The translations under genes and the position numbers were made by a program. Source: Squalus acanthias (Eukaryota). Taken from it: a stretch of 64,000 nucleotides of DNA. Positions within the stretch are counted from its first letter, which is position 1; every line of letters begins with the position of its first letter. The stretch covers positions 1 through 64,000 of the forward strand of contig JASTWF010000347.1 in assembly GCA_030390025.1 (NCBI GenBank). The letters run 5' to 3'. This document shows, piece by piece, positions 37,993 through 51,039 of the stretch. The notes beneath the pieces were generated by a model. It made no database searches. It was not told the origin of the DNA and was given only the letters and a program-made list of their open reading frames with translations.

Positions 37993-38254
37993 CTGTAAAA
38001 GGAGTTTCCAAAAGCCATGACTGTGAGTCCAGGATAGAAATTGACAAGATTCTCTCCTCCTGGTTCCTGGCCAAGGGGGCCGCGCATGCGCCCTGCTGCC
38101 CCCTGAGCCTGTCAAGATGGCGGCCGTTAACCCGGGCCTGTCACCGGGAGAAAGCCCCGCAGCTGCCGCCCCGCTCGGGGCAAACGCCCGGCCCGGAGGC
38201 TCTTGTTCGGGGCCTGAGGCCCACCCCGGGTGTTTGTGAAGCGGATAATGTTGA

Positions 38255-38671
38255 GTGTTTTAATAATGGGGCCTGGGGCCGCACTCGGGGTGTGTGCAGC
38301 CCGCGTCCCCCCGGGGTTTATTAACCCGCTCCCTGAGCTCTCTCACCTGATGTGTCAGCGGCTGCTGCCAAGGTCCGCGCATGCTCAGCTCACACTGCCC
38401 GGGTGATTGACGGGAGCTCCGGACCAATCGGAAGAGCGGGGCGGGGCTGGAGGACCGAGCGGGCGGCGGGTCCTCCAACCAATCGGAGTGTGAGAGGGGC
38501 GGGGCTTGACCTTTGAACCTGAACAGCAGAAGCTGAGCTGAGCATGCGCGGACCTTGGCAGCAGCCGCTGACACATCAGGTGAGAGAGCTCAGGGAGCGG
38601 GTTAATAAACCCCGGGGGGACGCGGGCTGCACACACCCCGAGTGCGGCCCCAGGCCCCATTATTAAAACAC
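38255..38671. promoter_or_regulatory. Palindromic bidirectional promoter between ZNF-G and ZNF-H
   Basis: 138-bp inverted arms (38255-38392, 38534-38671) around a 141-bp CCAAT/GC-box core; a donor in each arm. Confidence 0.78.
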
Positions 38672-39505
38672 CCAGGGTTCCAGGGTTGGAATCCCCATGT
38701 ACAGTCCCAGGGCTGGAACCCGGCACCCGGAAGTGGAATTTCAGCCTCAGTGTTACAAGTTTCATCGGTTACAGGCTGGAGAGAGGAATCATTCAAACTG
38801 ACCCAGAGCTGTGTGATTGGTTCAGTCTGTGTATCACTGACGGGCCCTTTTAAATTTGAGTGGTCAGGTATTCAAATTCCCAGTAATCTAATCCCGGATA
38901 TGAAAGAGGGGAGAGCTGTGTTTAAATCAAAGAGTCTCCTTGGAGATTCTCTGAGTGAAGGACCTGGTCAGCTTGAAACAGCTGAAAAATCGATTAAAAA
39001 TGTCCAATTAGCAGTTTTTGACCTATATCGACTCCCACAGGGATGGGGAATTCTAGAATAAGGAAGGAACCGGTCAGGATTTGAAAGGTCTTTACAAAGG
39101 ATTCGAGGGACTCTTCCATTTGGGATCTTTCTTTATTTCATCCACTTGAGGAGTTAGATAACAGGCTTCCTCCTGTGAATGTAGAGCTGGATTAGTGGGC
39201 TGTGACGTGTTTACTTGTTCATCTTTTGTGAAATACATTTGGTGAGTGAATTTAAATTTAAAACCAGGTTTGCAGGCGTGATGCTCTATTCACACATTAA
39301 AAGTGAGTGAGATGCTGTGGGACACATGCTAAGTCCAGTAGCTGAAAATGATTAACAGCCTGGGTTTTGTGTTTAGTGATCACCATGTACAGTCCCAGGG
39401 TTAGAATCCCCACGTGTGAAGGAACATTGTATAGAAACTAGAATTGTCTGTTCTGAATTTCTACCCTGTACTTACAGTGATGACTTTTGCAAACTCCTTT
39501 TACAG

Positions 39506-40880
39506 GGTATTAGAAGGGGAGGATTTGCAGACAGGAAACTCAAACCAAACATCACATCAAGATCTGACAGAGTCACTCCATTCATCAGGACCTGAATATC
39601 ATCAGCCTTTGAATGTGGAAGGAGAAATGTTTGTCTGTTCTGTCTGTGGGCAAAGATTTCAAACATCAGTGTGACTGGAAAAGCACCGAGACACACACAC
39701 CCGAGTGAGAGTGTTCCAGTGCACTGACTGTGGAAAGAGCTTTAACCAGTTACACAGCCTGAAAAAACATCGCACCATTCACAGCGGGGAGAAACCGTAC
39801 ACGTGTTCTGTGTGTGGACGAGGCTTCAACTGATCGTCCAACCTGGAGAGACAGATGGACACCCGCACCACGGAGAAACCGTGGAAATGTGGGGACTGTG
39901 GGAAGGGATTCAAATACCCATCCCAGCTAGAAACTCATCGCTACAGTCACACTGGGGAGAGGCCGTTCACCTGCTCCGTGTGTGGGAAGGGATTCAATTA
40001 CCAAGCCCTGCTGGAAACTCATCGCTACAGTCACACCGGGGAGAGGCCATTCATCTGCTCCATGTGTGGGAAGGGATTCACTCAGTCATCCAACCTGCTG
40101 GCTCACCAGCGAGTTCACACCAGGGAGAGGCCGTTCATCTGCTCCGTGTGTGGGAAGGGATTCACTAATTCAGCCCACCATCTGAGACACCAGCGAGTTC
40201 ACACTGACGAGAGACCTTTCAAATGCTCCGACTGTGCGAACTGCTTTAAACGCTCTGACGAACTGATTCACCACCAGCGAGTTCACACTGACGATAAACC
40301 ATTCAGATGCTCTCAGTGTGGGAAGAGGTTCAGGAGTTCATCCAATCTCATTGTACACAAGCGCACTCACACTAGGGAGAGGCCGTTCACCTGCTCCATG
40401 TGTGGGAAGGGATTCACTCAGTCATTCCATTTGGTGACACACCAGAGAGTTCACACCGGGGAGAGGCCGTTCACCTGCTCCGTGTGTGGGAAGGGTTTCT
40501 CTCGATCGTCCAGACTGCTGACACACCAACGAATTCACACTGGGGAGAGGCCATTCACCTGCTCCGTGTGTGGGAAGGGATTCACTTGTTCATCCAGCCT
40601 GCTGACACACCAACGAATTCACACTGGGGAGAGGCCGTTCACCTGCTCCGTGTGTGGGAAGGGATTCACTTGTTCATCCACCCTGCTGACACACCAACGA
40701 ATTCACACTGTGGAGAGGTCGTTCACCTGCTCCGTGTGTGGGAAAGGATTCTCTCGATCGTACAGCCTGCTGACACACCAACGAATTCACACTGGGGAGA
40801 GGCCGTTCAGCTGCTCCGTGTGTGGGAAGGGTTTCTTTCGGTCATCCAACCTGCTGAGACACCAGCGAGTTCACAAGTGA
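39506..40880 (+). CDS. ZNF-H: stop-containing leader, then an ATG-initiated 12-finger ORF (39855-40880)
   Basis: Acceptor at 39505; TGA at 39672-39674 and 39831-39833; 341-aa ORF. Confidence 0.8.
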
Positions 40881-41436
40881 CTGCAGGAGTTGGATTCTGC
40901 TGTTAATCACATCCAGGACTGAAATCATTCTGACAGTTGGCGTTTGTTTCTGCTGATGCCAATAAACCCCAGCCCAGTTATAGAGTTAATATTCTGGATA
41001 TATAGCTGATTGACTTGTTGGGGCTGCAGTGTCCCATTAAGAACCGTTGTCTGTGACCTTTCCCCTTAATTCAGGACTTTCATAAGAAATTATTTGACAA
41101 AATTATGAATTTTACTTTAACCCTAAATTGACCTTTGGTACAAAATCTACAATTTATTGTCTGAAAAGTTCCACTGATTAACATCTCCAATTAGGAAGTG
41201 CTGATTAATCCTCGCTGACAATTCTTACTGACTTGCACATTACACACAGTGGCACCTCCATTATCCACCAGAAAGAAAGGGAATGGGAATTGGTGGAGAA
41301 TCGAGAGTCCCCAAATGTTGCTCCTCCCGTCTGGTACAGCAATCCCCTCGGCACGGGAATGGAGACAAGTCCAATCCAAATAACGGGCTGAGTTAATTGT
41401 TCTGGGCCTGTGGGATCAGTTTATATCAGACAGGAG

Positions 41437-42627
41437 CTGGATTTCCAGAAGGCATTCGATAAGGTGCCACATAAAAGGTTACTGCATAAGATAAGACCTC
41501 ACGGAATTGAGGGTAATATATTAGTATGGATAGAGAATTGGCTAACTAACAGAAAGCAGAGAGTCGGGATAAATGGGTAATTTTCCGGTTAGCAAACAGT
41601 AATTAGTGGGGTGCCACAGGGATCGGTGCTGGGGCCTCAACTATTTACAATCTATATTAATGACTTGGATGAAGGGACCGAGTGTAATGTAGCCAAGTTT
41701 GCGGATGATACAAAGATGGGTGGGAAAGCAAGTTGTGCAGAGGATTCAAAGAATCTGCAAAGGGATATAGACAGGGTAAGTGAGTGGGCAAACATTTGGC
41801 AGATGGAGTATAATGTGGGAAAGTGCGAGGTTATCCACTTTGGCAGGAAAAATAAAAAAGCAAATTATTATTTAAATGGAGAGAGATTACAAAATGCTGC
41901 AGTACAGAGGGACCTGGGGGTCCTTGTGCATGAAACACAAAAAGTTAGCCTGCAGGTACAGCAAGTAATCAAAAAGGCAAATGGAATGTTGGCCTTTATT
42001 TCAAAGGGGTTGGAGGATAAAAGCAGGGAAGTCCTGCTACAACTGTACAGGGTATTGGTGAGACCACACCTGGAGTACTGCGTACAGTTTTGCTCACCTT
42101 ATTTAAGGAAGGATATACTTGCATTGGAGGCAGTTCAGAGACAATTCACGAGGTTAATTCCAGAGATGAGAGGGTTGACTTATGAGGAAAGGTTGAGCAG
42201 GCTGGGCCTATACTCATTGGAATTTAGAAGAATGAGAGGTGATCTTATTGAAACATATAAGATACTGAGGGGGCTCGACAAGGTAGATGCAGAGAGGCTG
42301 TTTCCCCTCGTGGGGAAATCTAGAACGCGGGGGCACAGTTTTAGAATAAAGGGTCGCCCTTTTAGAACTGAGATGAGGAGGAATTTCTTCTCTCAGAGGG
42401 TCGTAAATCTGTGAAATTCTCTGCCCCAGAGAGCTGTGGAGGCTGGGTCATTAAATACATTTAAGGTGGAGATAGACAGATTTTTGCAAGATAAAGGAGT
42501 GAAGGGTTATGGGGAGAGGGCGGGGAAGTGGCTTTGAGCCCAAGATCAGCCATGATCTTATTGAATGGCGGAGCAGGCTCGAGGGGCCAAGTGGCCTATT
42601 CCTGCTCCTATTTCTTATGTTCTTATT
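41437..42627 (+). mobile_element. 5'-truncated CR1 inside the 46-bp minisatellite; same subfamily as 2988-3812
   Basis: RT motifs and tail; flanked by satellite units (41409-41436, 42628-42791). Confidence 0.94.
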
Positions 42628-42901
42628 AGGAGGAGATTGGTGTCAGTGACTGTGGGGTTGGTTTATATCAGACAGGAGGAGATTGGTGTCAGTGACTGTG
42701 GGGTTGGTTTATATCAGACAGGAGGAGATTTGCGTCAGTGACTGTGGGGTTGGTTTATATCAGACAGGAGGAGATTTGTGTCAGTGACTGTATCTAATCT
42801 GTACTGTACCTGCCCCGGGAGTATTTGATGGGACAGTGTAGAGGGAGCTTTACTCTGTATCTAACCCATGCTGTACCTGTCCTGGGAGTGTTTGATGGGA
42901 C

Positions 42902-43297
42902 TTGGAAGAATGAGAGGTGATCTCATTGAAACGTATAAGATTCTGAAGGGGATTGACAGGGTAGATGCTGACAGGTTGTTTCCCCTGGCTGGAGAGTCCA
43001 GAACTAGGGGCATAGTCTCAGGATAAGGGTCAGCCATATAAGACAGATGAGGAGAAATTTCTTCACTCAGAGGGTTGTGAATCTTTGGAATTCTCTGCCC
43101 CAAAGGGCTGTGGATGCTGAATCGTTGAGTATATTCAAGGCTGAGATAGATTTTTGGACTCTAGGGGAATCAAGTGATATGGAGATTGGGCAGGAAAGTG
43201 GAGTTGAGGTTGAAGATCAGCCATGATCTTATTGAATGGCGGAGCAGGCTCGAGGGGCCCTTATGGCCCACTCCTGCTCCTAATTCTTATGTTCTTA
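42902..43297 (+). mobile_element. CR1 3' fragment, preceded by ~2 units of a ~56-bp repeat (42790-42900)
   Basis: [18 protein letters not shown] segment and tail. Confidence 0.88.
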
Positions 43298-43749
43298 AGC
43301 TGACCACTGTGTGTTTTTATTCATTCACAGGATGTGGGCATCGCCAGCAAGGCCAGTATTTATTGCCCATCTCCAATTGCCCTCGAAGGTGGTGGTGAGC
43401 CGCCTTCTGAATACAACTGAGTGACTCGCTGGGCCATTTCAGAGAGCAGTTAAGAGTGAACCACATTGCTCTGGGTCTGGAGTCATCGATAGGCCGGACC
43501 AGGTAAGGACGGCAGATTTCCTTCCCTAAAGGACATTAGTGAACCAGATGGGTTTTTACGACAATCCGGTAGTTTCATGGTCACCATTACTGATACAAAC
43601 TTTTCATTGCAGATTTATTTAATGTTGTACTTCATCTTTTTCTGGTGATTGAAACATCTTTAAAATCTGAGACAGTGCGTTGTGAAACAAAGAGCCTTGT
43701 GTCCAATAAGGGGAATAAAGGCCCACAGCCTCCCCTGGCCCCGGGCCCT

Positions 43750-46700
43750 GAACATTCTGAGGGGCGAGGGTGAACAGCCAGAGGTCGTGGTCCATATCGG
43801 TACCAACGACATAGGTAGAAAGAGGGATGAGGTCCTGCAGGCAGATTCTAGGGCGCTAGGAGAGATTAAAAAGTAGGACCTCAAAGGTAGTAATCTCCGG
43901 ATTACTCCCGGTGCCACGTGCTAGTGAGTACAGGAATAGGAGGATAGAGCAGATGAATGTGTGGCTGGAGAGAAGGTGCAGGAGGGAGGGCTTTAGATTC
44001 CTGAGGCATTGGGACTGGTTCTGGGGGAGGTGGGACCTGTACAGGCCCGAAGGCTTGCACCTCAACAGGGCCGGAACCAATATCCTCACGGGGAGGTTTG
44101 CTGGCGCTGTTGGGGAGGGTTTAAACTAATTTGGCAGGGGAATGGGCACCAGGATGAAACATTAGAAAGGGGAAATAAAGTGCTCACAGAATTGGGAGAG
44201 GCAGAGAGCACTAAAGTAAGATATAGTAAGGTATTAGGTGAGGTCAAACTAAGAGAGAATACAGGATGGTCTAAGATGGGTTTACAGTGTCTGTATGTGA
44301 ACGCACGAAGCGTAGTAAACAAGGTAAGTGAGCTGCAGGCACAAATAGCCACATGGGAATATGATGTTGTGGCAATAACTGAGACCTGGCTCAAAAAAGG
44401 GCAGGATTGGGTATTAAATATTCCTGGTTATAGAGTGTTCAGGAAAGATAGGGAAGGAAAGGTCGGAGGTGGTGTGGCAGTATTGGTCAAGGAGAATGTT
44501 ATAGTGCTGGAGAGGGGGGATGTCCTGGAGGGGTCAAGGACAGAATCTATATGGCGAGAGTTAAGAAATAATAGAGGTGCCATTACACTACTAGGTGTAT
44601 TCTATAGACCACCAAATAGTGGGAAAGATATGGAGGAGCAAATTTGCAGAGAAATTACAGAGAGGTGCAAAAACTATAGATTAGTGATAATGGGGGACTT
44701 TAACTGCCCTAATATAGATTGGGATCGTAATGGTGTTAAGGGCAGAGAAGGGGAAGAATTTCTGAAGTGTGTTCAGGAGAACTTTCTTGATCAGTATGTT
44801 TCCGGCCCGACGAGGGAGGAGGCATTGCTGGATCTGGTTCTGGGGAATGAGGTGGGTCAAGTGGAGCAAGTGTCAGTAGGTGAACATTTAGGGAACAGTG
44901 ATCACAGTATCATAAGGTTTAGATTAGCTATGGAAAAGGACAGGGAGCAATCTAGAGTAAAAATGTTTAACTGGGGGAAGGCCAATTTCAGTGGGATGAG
45001 AATGGATCTGGCCCGGGTAAACTGGAATCAAAGATTAGCAGCAAAACTGTAATGGAACAATGGGCTGCCTTTAAAGAGGAAATAGTTCAGGTACAGTTGA
45101 GGTACATTCCCACTAGGGGGAAAGTCAGGGCTCCCTGGATGACAAAAGAGTTAGAGAATATGATGAAGCAGAAAAAGAGTGCGTATGACAGATGTCCGGT
45201 TGCAAATACAACTGAGAATCAGGTTATATATAAAAAGGTCAGAGAAGAAGTGAAAAAGAAAATAAGAGGGGCAAAGCGCGGGTATGAGAATAGAATGGCA
45301 GCCACTATAAAAGGTAATCCAAATGCCTTCTATAGACATTTAAATAGTAAAAGGGTAGTAAGAGGAGGGGTGGGGCCAATTAGGGCCCAAAAAGGAGACC
45401 TATGCATGGAGGCAGAGGGCATGGCTGAGGTACTAAATGAGTAATTTGCATCTGTCTTCACCAAGGAAGAGGATGCTGCCCTAGACATAGTGAAGGAGGA
45501 TGTAGAGGAGATACTGGATGGGATAAAAATTGATAAAGAGGAGGTATTAGAAAGGCTGGCTGTACTTAAAGTAGATAAATCACCAGGAGCAGATGGGATG
45601 CATCCTAGGATGCTGAGGGAATTGAGGGAGGAAATCGCGGAGGTACTGGCCATAATATTCCAATCCTCCTTAGATATGGGGGTGGTGCCAGAGGACTGGA
45701 GAATTGCAAATGTTACACCATTGTTCAAAAAAGGGTGTAAAGATAAACCCAGCAACTACAGGCCAGTCAGTTTGACCTCGGTAGTGGGGAAGCTTTTAGA
45801 AACAGTAATCAGGGACAAAATTAACAGTCACTTGGATAGGTGTGGATTAATTAAGGAAAGCCAGCACGGATTTGTTAAAGACAAATCGTGTTTAACTAAC
45901 TTGACTGAGTTCTTTGATGAGGTAACAGAGAGGGTTGATGAGGGTAATGCGGTTGATGTCGTGTACATGGATTTCCAGAAGGCGTTTGACAAAGTGCCTC
46001 CTAATAGGCTTGCCAGCAAAGTTGAAGCCCATGGAATAAAAGGGACAGTGGCAGCATGGATACAGAATTAGCTAAGTGACAGGAAACAGAGAGTAGTGGT
46101 GAACGGTTGTTTTTCGGACTAGAGGAAGGTATACAGTGGTGTTCCCCAGGGATCGGTTCCAGGACCACTGCTTTTCTTGATTATATATTAATGACTTAGA
46201 CTTGGGTGTACAGGGCACAATTTCAAAATTTGCAGATGACACAAAACTTGGAAGTATTGTGAACAGTGAGGAGGATAGTGATAGACTTCAGGAAGACATA
46301 GACAGGCTGGTGGAATGGGCGGACACGTGGTAAATGAAATTTAACGCAGAAAAGTGTGAAGTGATACATTTTGGTAGAAAGAATAGGGAGAGGAAATATA
46401 AACTAAATGGTACAATCCTAAAGGGGGTGCACAGAGAGACCTGGGGGTCTGTGTGCACAAATCGTTGAAGGTGGCAGGGCAGGTTGAGAAAACAGTTAAA
46501 AAGACTTATGGGATCCTGGGCTTCATAAATAGAGGTATAGAGTCCAAAAGTGTGGAAATTATGATGAACCTGTATAAAACACTGGTTCGACCCTAACTGG
46601 AGTACTGTGTCCAATTCTGAGCACCACACTTTAGGAAGGATGTGAAGGCCTTAGAGAGGGTGCAGAAAAGATTTACGAGAATGATTCCAGGAATGTGGGA

Positions 46701-47102
46701 CTTCAGTTACGTTGATAGACTGGAGAAGCTGGGGTTATTCTCCTTGGAGCAGAGAAGATTGAGAGGCGATTTCTTAGAGGTGTTCAAAATCCTGAGGGGT
46801 CTGGACAGAGTAGATAGAGAGAAACTGTTCCCATTGGCAGAAGGGTCGAGAACCAGAGGACACAGATTTAAGGTGATTGGCAAAAGAACCAAAGGTGATG
46901 TAAGAAAAAACTTTTTTACGCAGCGAGTGGTTAAGATCTGGAATGGCAAACTCAGTCTTATCTTTCAAAAGGGAGTTGGATAAATATCTGAAGGAATAAA
47001 ATTTGCAGGGGAAAGGGCGGGGGAGTGGGACTAGCTGAGAGTCGGCACGGGCTCGACGGGCCGAATGGCCTTCTTCCGTGCTGTAACCATTCTATGATTC
47101 TG
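43750..47102 (+). mobile_element. Near-full-length inactivated CR1: ORF1 SGNH esterase C-terminus, ORF2 APE endonuclease and RT
   Basis: VVVHIGTNDI and GLHLN (ORF1); NARS..ITETW..GVFYRPP..MGDFN..SDH (APE); RT motifs; stops and frameshifts; tail. Confidence 0.95.
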
Positions 47103-47104
47103 TG

Positions 47105-47800
47105 AAATCCTCTGAATCCCAACCTTTACTAGTCTCTCACCTTTTAAAAAATATTCTGCTTTTCCATTCTTCCTACCAAAGTGGATAACTTCACATTTCT
47201 CCACATTATACTCCATCTGCCACCTTCTTGCCCACTCACTGAACCGGTCTATATTTCTTTGCAGCCTATTTACGTCCTCCTCACAGCTTACTTTCCCACC
47301 TATTACACTCGGATCCCTCATCTAACTCATTGAAGTAGCTGAGGGCCAAGCACTGATCCTTGTGGTACCACACTAGTTACACCCTGCCACCCTGAAAATG
47401 ACCCGTTTATCCCTACTCTCTGTTTTCTGTCCGTTAACGAATCCTCAATCCATGCTCAGGTATTACCCCCAAACCCATGAGCCCTAACCTTGTGTAACAA
47501 CCTATTGTGTGGCACCTTATCAAATGCCTTCTGAAAATCCAAATATACTACATCCACTGGTTCCCCCTTATCTACCCTGCTAGTTACACCCTCAAAAAAC
47601 TCTAATAGATTTTTCAAACACGATTTTCCTTTCATAAATCCGTGTTGACTCTGTCTAATCATATTGTGATTTCCCAAGTGCCCTGATACCATGTCCTTAA
47701 TAATAGATTCTAGCATTTTCGCTGCTATTGATGTCAGGCTAACTGACCTATAGTTCCCTGTTTTTTCTCTCCCTCCTTTCTTGAATAGCGGGGTTACATT
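47105..47800 (-). mobile_element. CR1 RT fragment
   Basis: QHGFMKGKSCL and YLDFQKAFDKVPH. Confidence 0.9.
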
Positions 47801-48558
47801 TGAAAGAAATTTCCAAGAAGCAGTTTTTGACCAAATTCGACTCCCACAGGGATGGGGAAATCTATAATAAGCACAGAATCGGTCAGGATTTAAAATTTAT
47901 TTACAACAGATACGAAGGGCTCTTACATTTACGATCTATCTTTATTCTGTCCACTCAAGGAGTTAGAAAACAGATTTTCTCCTGTGAATATAGAGCTGGC
48001 TTATTGGGCCGTGATCTGTTTACTTGTTCATCTTCTGCTAAATACATTTCCTGAGGGAATTAAAATCTAAACCAGGTTTGCAGGCGTGATGCTCTATTCA
48101 CACATCGAAGGTGAGAGAGATGCTGTGGGTCACACGCTAAGTCCAGTAGCTGAAAGTGATTAACAGACTGGGTTTTGTGTTTAGTGATCCCGGGCGTGTT
48201 ACCGATACCTTCCCTGGATACCAAGGCTGGGAGAGGCACTCTGGAAGGTATGGGGAGCTGGGACTTGTCCATGAGAGTAACCGAAGGTATGAGAACTGAA
48301 ATAATCTAGAGTTAGAAAGGTGAAAAGGCCCAAAAATGGAGCAGTTGGTAACAGGACATCAATTATTCTCCTCTTATCTTGGAGAAATCAAGGACTCCAC
48401 ACACTGTGTGTTTGATACAAAGCTGATTTTTTTTGACAGATATCAAAATATTAAACTCCAGCCCAGTTATAGGAACAAACCCCAATTGTCAGAATGAACA
48501 TGGTTCAGTCCTGGATGTGATTAACAGCAGCAATAACAGCAGAATCCAACCACTGCAG

Positions 48559-49678
48559 TCATTTGTGAACTCGCTGGTGTTTCAGCAGGTGGGATGACCG
48601 AGTGAATCTCTTCCCACATACGGAGCAGGTGAACGGCCTCTCCCCGGTGTGAACTCGCTGATGATTTAGCAGGTGGGATGAATCAGTGAATCCCTTCCCA
48701 CACACGGAGCAGGTGAACGGCCTCTCCCCAGTGTGAACTCGCTGGTGTCTCAGCAGGTGGGATGACTGAATGAATCCCTTCCCACACACTGAGCAGGTGA
48801 ATGGCCTCTCCCCAGTGTGAACTCGCTGGTGTGTCAGCAGGTGGGATGAATTAGCAAATCCCTTCCCACACACGGAGCAAGTGAACGGCCTCTCCCCAGT
48901 GTGAGTGTGTTGGTGTGTCAGCAGATCTCTTGTGCTTTTAAAGCTCTTCCCACACTCAGAACATTTGAAAGGTCTCTTTTCAGTGTGAACAAGTTGGTGT
49001 TTAGTGAGGTTGGCTAATCGAGCAAAAACCTTCCCACACACAGTGCAGGTGAATGGCCTCTCTCCAGTGTGAACTCGCTGGTGTTCAGTGAGGCTAGATG
49101 ACTGCCCGAACCTCTTCCCGCATTGAGAGCAACTGAATGGCCTCTCTCCAGTGTGAACTCGCTGGTGGTCAGTGAGGTTCGATAACTGCCCGAATCTCTT
49201 CCCGCAGTGAGAGCAACTGAACGGTCTCTCCCCAGTGTGAACTCGCTGGTGTGTCAGAAGGTGTGATGACTGACTGAATCCTTTCCCACACTCGGAGCAG
49301 ACGAACGGCCTCTCCCCGGTGTGACTGCGTCGATGAGTTTCCAGCCGGGACGGGGAGCTGAATCCCTTCCCACAGTCCCCACATTTCCACGGTTTCTCCA
49401 TGGTGAGGGTGTCCTTGTGTCTCTCCAGGTTGGACGATCGGTTGAAGCCTCGTCCACACACAGTACACGTGTACGGTTTCTCCCCGCTGTGAATGGTGCG
49501 ATGTTACTCCAGGCTGTGTAACTGGTTAAAGCGCTTTCCACAGTCAGTGCACTGGAACACTCTCACTCGGGTGTGTGTGTCTCGGTGCTTTTCCAGTCAC
49601 ACTGATGTTTGAAATCTTTTCCCACAGACAGAACAGGCAAACATTTCTCCTTCCACATTCAAAGGCCGATGATAGTCC
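48559..49678 (-). CDS. ZNF-I: one leader stop, 12 open fingers (10 from ATG at 49401)
   Basis: TGA at 49599-49597; CACCATGG start; open to HQRVHK*. Confidence 0.8.
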
Positions 49679-49774
49679 CTGTAAAAGCAGTTTACAAAAG
49701 ACATCACTCTAATTTCAGGATAAAAATGCAGAACAGATTAATTCCAGTTTCTATGGAAAATTCTTTCCTCTCTT

Positions 49775-50185
49775 ATTACATAGAATTACATAGATTGTAC
49801 AGCACAGAAACAGGCCAATCGGCCCAACTGGTCCATGCGGTGTTTATGCTCCACACGAGCCTCCTCCCATCTCTCTTCATCTCACCCTATCAGCATCTCC
49901 TTCTATTCCTTTCTCCCATGTGTTTATCCAGCTTCCTCTTAAATGCATTATGCTATTCACAAACATTCCTGTTTGTGGGACCTTGCAGTGCGCAAATTGG
50001 CTGCCGCGTTTCCCACATTACAACTCTGAATCCACTTTAAATAGTACTTCATTGGCTGTAAAGCGCTTTGAGACGTCCGGTGGTCGTGAAAGGTGCTATA
50101 TAATTGCAACTCTTTCTTTCTTTCTATTCGCCTCAACTATTCAATGTAGCTGCAAGTTCCACATTCTCAGCACTCTCTGGGTGAA
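49775..50185. mobile_element. CR1 tail (-) with a nested DeuSINE-like 3' part (+, ~49968-50120)
   Basis: Tail repeats; GCAAATTGGCTGCCGCGTTTCC..AAAGCGCTTTG motif. Confidence 0.65.
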
Positions 50186-51039
50186 GGAGTTTAATCTAAT
50201 TTAGTCTTTCCTCCACTCCCTCTACTCTGGTTGGGTTCAGTTCTACACCCGCTGTGTGCAGAGTGAGAGTAAAATCAATGAGTCAATGATTGTCTCTGCT
50301 GGTCACTGGGCCTTTTTGGATGGACCAATAGGGTGAGACTGGGTTGCCCCAGGGTCACCAAACAAGAATCAGCCCAACAAGGCTCCCTTTCAGGGGCCAC
50401 TAATATGGGAGAAACATGTGGTCCAATCAAACTGACAGAGACCCTGAAGCCCCGCCCACTCTTTGTTCCTGGCCAATGTACCGCGCATGCGCCGTGAGAC
50501 CCGCCCTGTCCAAGATGGCGGTCAGTGACCCGGATCACCCGGGCGGTCACTGACCGGGCCTGTAACCGGGGAAACACGGGGCCTGTGGGCTCTTATTTGG
50601 GGCCTCAGGCCTACACCAGGTGTTTATAAATCTTTCAAACCCATCCGCGGGGCCAATCGATCCCCTGCTTCCACAATCTTCTTCTGGCTCCCGGTCGCTG
50701 ACCTGATTGTCCGCTCAATCCATCGCCACCCCTCGCACTGCGCATGCTCAGAGCACACCTAGTTACTGCGCCGGCGCACTGGGCTCCTATCGTCATTGAT
50801 TGGGCTCTTTCCGCCGCGCGGGGGATTCTGGGTTAACACACCGCCATTGAGAGCCCCAATTGGGGAACAGATTTTTTTCTCACATCGAAGTTAGGGCCGG
50901 AGGAGGCAATAACCAAAATTAATGAATAAATAATTTTCAAAAATCAGTGCCCGGACCTGCAGTATGTACAATCTACAAGTTGGCTAAGATCAGGTTGTGT
51001 GGATTCAAGGGCCGGTGAGCAGAATGGATGCAAATTCCG

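Noticed and set aside
39672..39833. Selenocysteine reading of the shared TGA codons
   Set aside because: The stops align with Arg rather than Cys positions, one copy is TAA, and no SECIS core was recognised in the shared 3' UTR
43750..47102. Active autonomous LINE
   Set aside because: 5'-truncated with multiple stops and frameshifts
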